The notes under the pieces are model-generated. The model made no database searches. It worked only from the letters and a program-made list of their open reading frames with translations, and was not told where the DNA came from. A stretch of DNA of 32,000 nt from Acidothermus cellulolyticus 11B (GTDB lineage: Bacteria > Actinomycetota > Actinomycetes > Acidothermales > Acidothermaceae). A program made the translations under genes and the position numbers. This document shows positions 9,068 to 15,634 of this stretch, piece by piece; positions within the stretch are counted from its first letter, which is position 1; every line of letters begins with the position of its first letter. The stretch is taken from assembly GCF_000015025.1 (NCBI RefSeq), contig NC_008578.1, positions 30,001-62,000 of the forward strand. The letters run 5' to 3'.

Positions 9068-9358
9068 GCCGCATCTCCCCGTTGATCCGCGTTGGACCAG
9101 TCCAGGCGGTCCACGGCTGCTCCGTCCTTCAGCTGGTTCCTATCCGCTGAACGGTGCGACCGAATGCGCCGAACGGCGTAATTTCCTTCTGCATCGGCGC
9201 GACATGCCACGCACCTTGAGAAGGAGGGGGAAGCCGTTGGGCGGTGGTCACCGCAGGCGGTGCGCGAGACTCGCCGGAACCGGCGAGGGGAGAGGTCTCG
9301 CTGCGGACCACAGCCTATGGGCCGACCGGCCGAGTGGTCAGTCACCGATCGGGTGAAT

Positions 9359-10534
9359 TCAGGCTGGTTCATCTGGGCCTGACGGGCTGGGCTGAGCAGC
9401 CCCATGGGCCGTTGGCGCGGTGGGCGCGGGACCGTGGGCGCGGGCGACGTCCAGGAAGAGGTTGTTGGCCTCGGGTTCGCCGATGGTGACGCGTACTCCC
9501 TCACCGGCGAAGGGCCGTACGATCACTCCCGCGGCTTCGCATGCGGCCGCGAAGCTCTCGGTTCGGTCGCCGGTGGGAAGCCAGACGAAGTTTCCTTCCG
9601 GCTGGGGAATGTCCCAACCGGCGGCCCGTAATGCGGCGACGATCCGCTCCCGCTCGGAGACTGTGGCCTGTACCCGGGCCATGAGCTCGGCTTCCGCGGC
9701 CGGTTGGAGCGAGGCGAGCGCAGCTGCCTGCCCAAGGGCATTGGTGGAGAACGGGACGTCGGTGATCCGGATGGAGTCGACGATCTCAGGCTGGGCAATC
9801 GCATATCCGACACGCAGGCCGGCCAGCCCGTACGCCTTGGAGAACGTGCGGAGTACGACGACGTTCGGACGGTCACGGTAGAGGGTGATGCCGTCCGGAC
9901 TGTCGGGGTTGGTGACGAATTCGCGGTACGCCTCGTCGAGGACGACCAGGCAACCGGCGGGTACGGCGTCGAGGAACCGAAGCAGGGCGTCGGCGCCGAC
10001 GACGGTTCCGGTGGGGTTGTTGGGGTTGCAGATGAAGACGACGCGGGTCTTCGGCGTGATTGAGGCGGCCAGGCGAGGGAGATCGTGTACGCCGTCGGGG
10101 CGCAGAGGTATCTGGATGCTCACCGCACCGGCAACCTGCACGATGATCGGGTAGGCCTCGAAGGAACGCCAGGCGTAGGCCACTTCGTCGCCGGGTCCAG
10201 CGAACGCCTGCACGATCTGCGTGGCGAGCCCCACCGAACCGCATCCGACAACGACGTGGCTTTCCGGGACGCCGAACCGGTGCGCGATCGCGGCGACCAG
10301 ATCCGAGCTGAGCAGGTCCGGGTACCGGTGGATGGTGTCGCTCGCCTGGGCGATCGCGTCGAGCACGCTGGGCAGCGGCGGGTAGGGGGATTCGTTCGAG
10401 GAGAGCTTGTACGCGCGCCGGCCGGTGGCCGGCCGCCGGCCGGGCTTGTACGTCGGGATGCCTCGCAGGTCGGCGCGTGGGAAAGGTCGAGCGCCGGGTC
10501 GCGGTGCGGAGTCGGATATCTCCCGGGTGGTCAC
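9359..10534 (-). CDS. Class I/II PLP aminotransferase, HisC/Pat-like (histidinol-phosphate / aromatic aminotransferase)
   Basis: 391 aa. YKLSSNESPYPPLP, CNPNNPTG and the PLP-lysine context RTFSKAYGLAGLRVGY are hallmark HisC-family motifs. It is not in a his operon here, so it is probably the second (Pat-like) paralogue. Confidence 0.88.
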   Translation of the reverse strand: MTTREISDSAPRPGARPFPRADLRGIPTYKPGRRPATGRRAYKLSSNESPYPPLPSVLDAIAQASDTIHRYPDLLSSDLVAAIAHRFGVPESHVVVGCGSVGLATQIVQAFAGPGDEVAYAWRSFEAYPIIVQVAGAVSIQIPLRPDGVHDLPRLAASITPKTRVVFICNPNNPTGTVVGADALLRFLDAVPAGCLVVLDEAYREFVTNPDSPDGITLYRDRPNVVVLRTFSKAYGLAGLRVGYAIAQPEIVDSIRITDVPFSTNALGQAAALASLQPAAEAELMARVQATVSERERIVAALRAAGWDIPQPEGNFVWLPTGDRTESFAAACEAAGVIVRPFAGEGVRVTIGEPEANNLFLDVARAHGPAPTAPTAHGAAQPSPSGPDEPA

Positions 10535-10590
10535 GCCCCCACCCTAGTGGGACCGGGTCGTCGAGGGCTGTGGTCAGTGGCGTCAGTGGC

Positions 10591-10728
10591 GGCCGGGCGC
10601 CCGCGGCGTACGGCAATCCGCGGATGAGGCGTCCGGGCGGCGGTGCCGGCTGGGCGGTCGTGCCGGCCGGGCGCCCGCGGCGTATGGCAATCCGCGGATG
10701 AAGCGTCCGGGCGGCGGTGCCGGCTGGG
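10591..10728. repeat. Direct repeat pair, 64 bp, 62/64 identical, 74-bp period
   Basis: Units at 10591-10654 and 10665-10728: ggccgggcgcccgcggcgtaYggcaatccgcggatgaRgcgtccgggcggcggtgccggctggg. Each unit has a CCGCGG(n11)CCGCGG self-complementary element. Intergenic, between the aminotransferase start and tRNA-Ser. Confidence 0.9.
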
Positions 10729-10833
10729 GCCCGCGGCCTCTGTGGCCGATGCGCGGCGCCGTCGTGGCACGGTACGCTGCTACCTGCGCGCGTCCGCTGA
10801 GCCGCGCAGGATCGCGGCTCGGTTCGGCGCGCG

Positions 10834-10924
10834 GGGAGGCTTCGCCTAGTCCGGTCTATGGCGCCGCACTGCTAATGCGGTTGGGGCTTACCGCCCCTCC
10901 CGGGTTCAAATCCCGGAGCCTCCG
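10834..10924 (+). tRNA. tRNA-Ser (anticodon GCT)
   Basis: Folded by hand. Acceptor GGAGGCT/AGCCTCC plus discriminator G. Anticodon stem CCGCA/TGCGG with loop CT-GCT-AA. Long variable arm TTGGGGCTTACCGCCCCTC (class II). T arm CCGGG-TTCAAAT-CCCGG. No encoded CCA. Confidence 0.95.
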
Positions 10925-11077
10925 CGGAATGGTGTCCCGTGCCGGCGCCGGCCGGCGGGCACGGGCCGGCTGCGGTGGCAGCGGCGGGTCGGTGGATGCG
11001 GTGCCCGGCTGGTTGGCTGACCTCCCAAGCCTGGGTACCCTAGGACACGTGTCCGGTGGGCGAACCGCGACACGCGA

Positions 11078-11150
11078 GCGCTCGTAGCTCAACGGACAGA
11101 GCATCTGACTACGGATCAGAAGGTTGGGGGTTCGAATCCCTCCGAGCGCG
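11078..11150 (+). tRNA. tRNA-Arg (anticodon ACG)
   Basis: Folded by hand. Acceptor GCGCTCG/CGAGCGC plus discriminator G. D arm TAGCTCAACGGACAGAGC. Anticodon stem TCTGA/TCAGA with loop CT-ACG-GA. T arm GGGGG-TTCGAAT-CCCTC. 73 nt. Confidence 0.95.
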
Positions 11151-11318
11151 CTAGAAAAGTGCAGGTCAGGCGCTGTTTTGTGTGGCTGTCGCACTCGCGG
11201 GCTGGTTGTGTTCTCGAGGGTGAGGGACGCGGTATGAGTAATCCTCTTCCTCGAGGTGGGGGAAACGATCTAAGTCGTCTTCTCTCGCGCGCGGTCTCTC
11301 CCGTACGACAATCCGGCC

Positions 11319-12296
11319 ATGGCAGTCGTGACCATTCCGCAGTATCACGAGTTGATGTGGCCGGTGCTGATAGCGCTTCGGAAGCGTGGTGGATCCGCCA
11401 CGATCAAAGAGATCTACGAGCAGGTCGTCGAAGACGAGCACTTCTCTGAGGAACAGCAGGCTGTCCCGACAAAGGATGGTCGCATGTCCGAGCTGGAGTA
11501 CCGGCTCCATTGGGCGAGGACGCACCTCAAGGGTATCGGGGCGATCCAGAACAGTACGCGTGGGGTGTGGTCGCTGACCGAAAAGGGTCAGACGATCACG
11601 CCGGAGCAGATGCGCCGCGATACGAAGGCGTACCGAGACGAACTGTTGCGTCGAGCGAAACAGAAGCAGCCTTCGAACAGCGCAACCGACCAAGCCAGCG
11701 ACGATGAGCTGGATTCTTGGAAGGAGCAGCTTATTGCCCGACTGCTACGCCTCCCGCCTCACGGCTTCGAGCGACTCGCGCAACGACTCCTTCGGGAAGC
11801 GGGATTCGTATACGTCACCGTCCTCGGCACGAGCGGGGATGGAGGCATTGACGGTGTCGGAGTGTACCGGCTGTCTCCGGTCTCGTTCCCCGTCTATTTC
11901 CAGTGCAAGCGTTACAAGGGATCCGTGACGGCCGGTGTCGTGCGGGACTTTCGAGGCGCGATGGCAGGCCGCGGAGACAAGGTTCTTTTGATCACGACCG
12001 GCTCGTTTACGAAGGATGCTCAGAACGAAGCGAGCCGTGACGGAGCGCCGCCTGTCGAGTTGATCGATGGAGATCGGCTCTGTGACCTCCTGCGCGACTA
12101 CCGGCTTGGCGTGGACGTCCGAGGCGTATCGAGTATGAGGTTATCGTCAATGCGTCGTTCTTCGACGAGTACGACTCCGCCGGCACCGCCACGTCGACGT
12201 ATGCCTGACACTGGCGCCAGTCGCTTCACTAATTATGGCCGTGGCGGCACGAGCGAGCGGTTTATCGCGGACCGATGCCGAGCTGTGCACGACTGA
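11319..12296 (+). CDS. mrr: Mrr-family type IV (modification-dependent) restriction endonuclease; probable -1 frameshift near codon ~268
   Basis: N-terminal Mrr_N winged helix (IPQYHELMWPVLIALRKRGGSATIKEIYEQV...YRLHWARTHLKGIGAI). C-terminal Mrr catalytic core (FERLAQRLLREAGF...GDGGIDGVG...YFQCKRYKG...VRDFRGAM...GDKVLLITTGSFT). After about 12120 the listed frame becomes Ser/Arg/Pro-rich junk. The -1 frame reads RIEYEVIVNASFFDEYDSAGTATSTYA* with its stop at 12206-12208, a typical Mrr C-terminus. Confidence 0.85.
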   Translation: MAVVTIPQYHELMWPVLIALRKRGGSATIKEIYEQVVEDEHFSEEQQAVPTKDGRMSELEYRLHWARTHLKGIGAIQNSTRGVWSLTEKGQTITPEQMRRDTKAYRDELLRRAKQKQPSNSATDQASDDELDSWKEQLIARLLRLPPHGFERLAQRLLREAGFVYVTVLGTSGDGGIDGVGVYRLSPVSFPVYFQCKRYKGSVTAGVVRDFRGAMAGRGDKVLLITTGSFTKDAQNEASRDGAPPVELIDGDRLCDLLRDYRLGVDVRGVSSMRLSSMRRSSTSTTPPAPPRRRMPDTGASRFTNYGRGGTSERFIADRCRAVHD

Positions 12297-12601
12297 CGCG
12301 ACGCTGATGTCGGCGAACTCATGCATGCCGCGGCCGCCGACGACCACAGCTTTCTTCCGCGACGCGCCCGCCAAAATGACCCACCGCGACAACTGCGTGA
12401 ACAAACTCTCACAGTGCGCAACGACACGGGATACAGCGAGCGTTGCCGGAAGTCTCCCCGATCAGCAACCGACCGGGCGCGCTGGCCGACCAGTGGGTGA
12501 CGTTGAGGGGCGTCGATGTTTGTAGGCGCTTTGGATTCGAACCCGTCGTCAAAAATGCATTCTTGTCGTTGCTAGTGGCGTGCCGACAACGACATACCGT
12601 C

Positions 12602-12639
12602 GTCGTCGAAGATTCGATGTACATCGAATCTTCGACGAC
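12602..12639. repeat. 38-bp perfect palindrome (19-bp arms, no spacer)
   Basis: GTCGTCGAAGATTCGATGTACATCGAATCTTCGACGAC, checked base by base around the centre at 12620/12621. It lies in the non-coding gap between the convergent Mrr and orphan genes. A second 8-bp-stem hairpin (tgtcgttg...caacgaca) lies just upstream at 12564-12594. Confidence 0.95.
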
Positions 12640-12692
12640 CATCTGAGAAGCAAATCCACCAAAACCGGACCGCAACCGCTGCATCGATCCAT

Positions 12693-12736
12693 AAAAAACG
12701 GCGGTATGAATCGGGTTGACCACCCCAACCGCCCGT
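12693..12736 (-). terminator. Putative intrinsic terminator of the orphan gene
   Basis: The reverse strand reads ACGGGCGGT-(22 nt)-ACCGCCGT followed by TTTTTT: an 8-bp stem with one bulged G, then a T6 tract. It lies about 117 nt downstream of the stop at 12853. The large loop lowers confidence. Confidence 0.4.
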
Positions 12737-12852
12737 GATGTCCGAACGTGTCGTTACACAGTCGATGCGTGTGCACGGATACCCGTATGGTCCTTGTATT
12801 ACCTCGGGCTTTGGACGTCGGCGACGGAGGGTCGATAAGCGAACGCCCGTCG

Positions 12853-13677
12853 TCAATCAGCGATCCCAAATGGCAACGGCAATGACTCCCACGGTCCTTC
12901 CCGTCGAACCCGCCACAGACGCCGGATGCGTTGCTGGCAGAATCCAGGGGTTTCCAGGGTCGCTGCCCACACGACGTCGATTCCCGGAGCAATCGCAGGT
13001 GAATTGACCGGCAGCCAGTTGGAAAACATCGCTAACTCTACATCGGGCCGCCCAAGTGCCGTCACCCAGACGAACAAATGTCGCTCGGCGGCGTTCGCCA
13101 CAGCGAGCTTGGCCGCATTAGCCTTTGTCGTTTGTTCGATCAATTGGTTGAGGATGCCTTGATGAGAAGTCACGCCCCCGGCGTATGAGAAAAAGATCTC
13201 GCGAACTTCTCCAGGGTTCGCCAATGTGAGCGTCCGAGCACGAGCTACGCCCAGAGAAGCTAGCTCGTAACAGACGTCGCGGGGAACGTGTCTTTTACGG
13301 TCGAGACTCACCTTATCAATCTCGGTCACGCCGTGCCGTACAAGGGTAGAAAGCCTCGGCTCGGTTTTCTTCACAAGTCGTTTTATGTTTACATGCGGTT
13401 CATTCCTCACATCCCAGACACTAACGAGCCAGTCGTGCTCAAGGCTGCTCGGTATGCTGGGTGTCTTGGATAGTTCACTCAAGAGTGCCATACGTTCAGG
13501 ATCTGCTGCTGAAGTCACCTCAAGCGCGATTATCCGTCCGTCTGGCAGCTCGATATCGTAGTCGTGACTTCCGTCCGACGCCTTCATTCCGTCGCGCTGT
13601 ATAATTCTTCCCATGTAAAACGAATTCACGACACGTGCAGCTTCGATTTCTAACGCATCCATCTCACGTCCTGCCAT
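12853..13677 (-). CDS. Hypothetical protein, no family recognised; N-terminal PD-(D/E)xK-like pattern
   Basis: Long ORF with coherent, non-low-complexity sequence in a lower-GC region. The preferred start is the ATG at 13677 (MAGREMDALEIEAARVV...). The 37 codons upstream, to the track start at 13788, run through an AT-rich stretch (ICYINIM) and look non-coding. ALEIEAARV...HDYDIELPDGRIIALEVTSAADPE resembles an E...D...ExK nuclease core with T in place of K. No SD is present, and TATATT lies about 6 nt before the ATG, which suggests a leaderless mRNA. Confidence 0.65.
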   Translation of the reverse strand: MAGREMDALEIEAARVVNSFYMGRIIQRDGMKASDGSHDYDIELPDGRIIALEVTSAADPERMALLSELSKTPSIPSSLEHDWLVSVWDVRNEPHVNIKRLVKKTEPRLSTLVRHGVTEIDKVSLDRKRHVPRDVCYELASLGVARARTLTLANPGEVREIFFSYAGGVTSHQGILNQLIEQTTKANAAKLAVANAAERHLFVWVTALGRPDVELAMFSNWLPVNSPAIAPGIDVVWAATLETPGFCQQRIRRLWRVRREGPWESLPLPFGIAD

Positions 13678-14328
13678 AATATTAATATAACATATAGCCG
13701 GGCGACCTGTGCGACAGCGCGTGTCAAATTTCGCCTGTGTCCTTGCCAAGCGACGTACGGCGATCGAGAGACTTTTTGGTGTCTCCAAGACCGGTGCAAC
13801 GACATCGCCGACTCTCGAGCAGTTGAGAACACGCGAATATCCGGTGCCAAGTCAGTTCAACAATCGCTTGTCCATCTACAACCACGATGCGTGCTCGGCA
13901 GCCAACCGCAACAACCTACTGTCGAGCATCTGGCGCTGCCACTTCCGACAGACACCCTTATGTCTCTCTCATTCTCACACGTCGAGTCTTTGCTCACCTC
14001 GACCGGCAAGCTCGGCTACAAATTATACGCGCGGTGGCGTAAAAGCCACGCACCTTAACCGGTCATCAGTCGCATTCTTTTGCCTCAGGCGACGGGCCGA
14101 TTACGAAGGAGCTGACGCGATCGAGCGATGCTAATAACAGGCAGCGAAGTTGAGCGCTTGCGGCGTATACAACTTTGGGTACGTGTGTGGTTTTGGGCAG
14201 CTGAATCAGCAGCGGCGGCTGAGGGTGTGCCGCTGCGGTCGCCATGTTAGCCAATCATCCGGCGCGGCACCTCGGATCGTGTTACGCTTGCACCCACGAT
14301 GTGCGCCCGTATGCCGAGGGAGCAGTCA

Positions 14329-14760
14329 ATGGCACGTGTTAGCACCTACCTGAACTTCCAGGGCCAAACGGAAGAGGCGTTCACGTTCTACGCGGGCATC
14401 TTTGGTACGGAAATCAGCATGCTGGTCCGGTATGCCGACGTACCAGATATGCCGCTGGAGAATCTGCCGGCAGAGGAGCGGAACCTCGTTATGCACGCCG
14501 AGCTGCCGATTATGGCGGGTCACATGCTGATGGCTACCGACATGCTGCGGTCAATGGGGCATGAGACTAGGGTCGGCAACAACACCACGCTCTGCTTAGA
14601 GGTCGACAGCAGGGAGGACGCGGATCATCTCTACCAGGCTCTGTCAGCGGGAGGCTCGGAGGGTTCCCCGATGGCGGACATGCCGTGGGGCTCGTATTGG
14701 GGTGTCACGCTTGACCGGTATGGCATCCGTTGGATGATCAACTACGCCTACGCATCGTGA
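14329..14760 (+). CDS. VOC-family protein (glyoxalase/PhnB-like)
   Basis: MARVSTYLNFQGQTEEAFTFYAGIFG...VMHAELPI...MADMPWGSYWGVTLDRYGIRWMINY is typical of the PhnB / 3-demethylubiquinone methyltransferase-like VOC fold. The start is the ATG at 14329 with GAGGGAG upstream. GC3 is lower than in the flanking core genes, by eye. Confidence 0.85.
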   Translation: MARVSTYLNFQGQTEEAFTFYAGIFGTEISMLVRYADVPDMPLENLPAEERNLVMHAELPIMAGHMLMATDMLRSMGHETRVGNNTTLCLEVDSREDADHLYQALSAGGSEGSPMADMPWGSYWGVTLDRYGIRWMINYAYAS

Positions 14761-14860
14761 CCGCCGGCTGACGCTCCCCCGCGACCGGCAGAACACACGG
14801 CGACGCATTGACATTCTGAGTCCGGCCCACCAGCGGACAAAAACACGCCGCTGCGACGGT

Positions 14861-15496
14861 TCAGCCGGCAATTCCGTCAAGGAGATACCCGAGTCCGTCG
14901 CGGAATTGGCGGGGGCTGATGAAAGCCGCTACTTCGCGGGTCACCTCGTCAACCGTCGTTTCCGCAGATGACCATCCGGATCGGGCGACCTCCAGTGCGG
15001 CAAAGCCGAGGGTGTACGCATGGATGACCGCGTACGCCCGGCGCGCCTTCTCCTCGTCACCTATGCCCTGCCGGAGGACGGCGAGCATCGCCGTCATGCG
15101 GCGGATAGCAGTCGGCGTCACGACGGGATGGCGAAGGTAAACGTAGAGTGCGACTGGTGACGTGACGAGGAACCGCCGGAGCTTGTCAGCCGCCTGGATG
15201 ATCCACGCCCTCCAGTCGCTGCGCGAGACCGTCGGCTTCCAGACACGCGCAAGAAGGCGGTCCACGACTTCGTCGAGCAGATCATCCTTGTCCCGCACGT
15301 GCCGGTAAAGGGTCATCGGTGCGACACCGAGATCGGCCGCCAGGCTGCGGATGCTCATGTCCTCGTAATTGCCGGACGTGACCGCTTTTATCGCGGCGTC
15401 GACGACGGTCTCACGCGAAATCGTTCCCCACGGGGTACGGGTCCGGCGAACCTCGTGTCCGGTCCGCGGCGCTCGGGAAGGGCCGGATCGCGGCAT
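14861..15496 (-). CDS. TetR-family transcriptional regulator
   Basis: N-terminal HTH ISRETVVDAAIKAV...MSIRSLAADLGVAPMTLYRHVRDKDDLL. 211 aa. Divergent from the ClC gene. Confidence 0.9.
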   Translation of the reverse strand: MPRSGPSRAPRTGHEVRRTRTPWGTISRETVVDAAIKAVTSGNYEDMSIRSLAADLGVAPMTLYRHVRDKDDLLDEVVDRLLARVWKPTVSRSDWRAWIIQAADKLRRFLVTSPVALYVYLRHPVVTPTAIRRMTAMLAVLRQGIGDEEKARRAYAVIHAYTLGFAALEVARSGWSSAETTVDEVTREVAAFISPRQFRDGLGYLLDGIAG

Positions 15497-15523
15497 GCGC
15501 CGATTCTACGAACGCCTCGTCGT

Positions 15524-15588
15524 GAGCGACCCTGCCCTCTGACCCGGGACGAGCGACCCTCGCTGTGTCTCCCGGGACGAGCGACCCT
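15524..15588. promoter_or_regulatory. Three direct GAGCGACCCT repeats in the TetR/ClC divergent intergenic region (candidate operator)
   Basis: GAGCGACCCT occurs at 15524-15533, 15551-15560 and 15579-15588, spaced 27 and 28 bp apart. The last two are embedded in an 18-bp exact repeat, CCCGGGACGAGCGACCCT (15543-15560 and 15571-15588). The function is inferred from location only. Confidence 0.35.
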
Positions 15589-15634
15589 GCTCACAGACCC
15601 GGAAACAGGACCGGTAGAATGCGTACACGTACAC

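Noticed and set aside
9220-9356. Strong SD-like AAGGAGG (9220-9226) followed by a TTG and a 40-codon frame
   Set aside because: The product is Arg/Gly-rich with no features, and the SD-like string is probably fortuitous in this purine-rich patch.
9068-9358. Possible riboswitch or leader (for example the ydaO/c-di-AMP class) in the 290-nt region upstream of the Pro-rich envelope protein
   Set aside because: The conserved ydaO elements I remember (such as the ...CAGCUAACCUCGUAAGCG-type 3' segment) are absent. Only a generic hairpin (CTCGCCGG-AA-CCGGCGAG, 9270-9287) is present, and it more likely terminates the aminotransferase gene.
12147-12525. ORFs downstream of Mrr (85 aa reverse, 96 aa forward, and an unlisted ~59-aa forward ORF from 12321)
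   Set aside because: They overlap each other mutually and have no SD and no recognisable family. The segment is better explained as the out-of-frame tail of the frameshifted Mrr plus non-coding DNA.
12533-12544. tRNA-like T-loop fragment GGATTCGAACCC (reverse strand GGGTTCGAATCC), considered as a possible att remnant of the islet
   Set aside because: Only 12 nt match the tRNA-Arg T arm. The flanks do not form a T stem or an acceptor stem, and the orientation is inverted relative to tRNA-Arg. This is compatible with chance.
13709-14134. 141-aa + strand ORF, and the 62-aa reverse ORF (14066..14254), in the islet's second gap
   Set aside because: No SD and no motifs. The sequence is Ser/Cys/Arg-rich, and codon third positions show no bias. 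Treated as non-coding.
11151-14860. Direct repeat of the tRNA-Arg 3' end, or an integrase or transposase remnant, that would delimit the islet
   Set aside because: None was found by eye in any frame of the non-coding gaps (12209-12852 and 13678-14328). A computational repeat or tblastn-type search is needed before excluding it.
15299-15634. N-terminal 112 codons of the 699-aa ClC track ORF
   Set aside because: This stretch overlaps the TetR gene on the opposite strand and crosses the intergenic repeats. It is Arg/Pro-rich. A ClC-like sequence only begins after the ATG at 15635.
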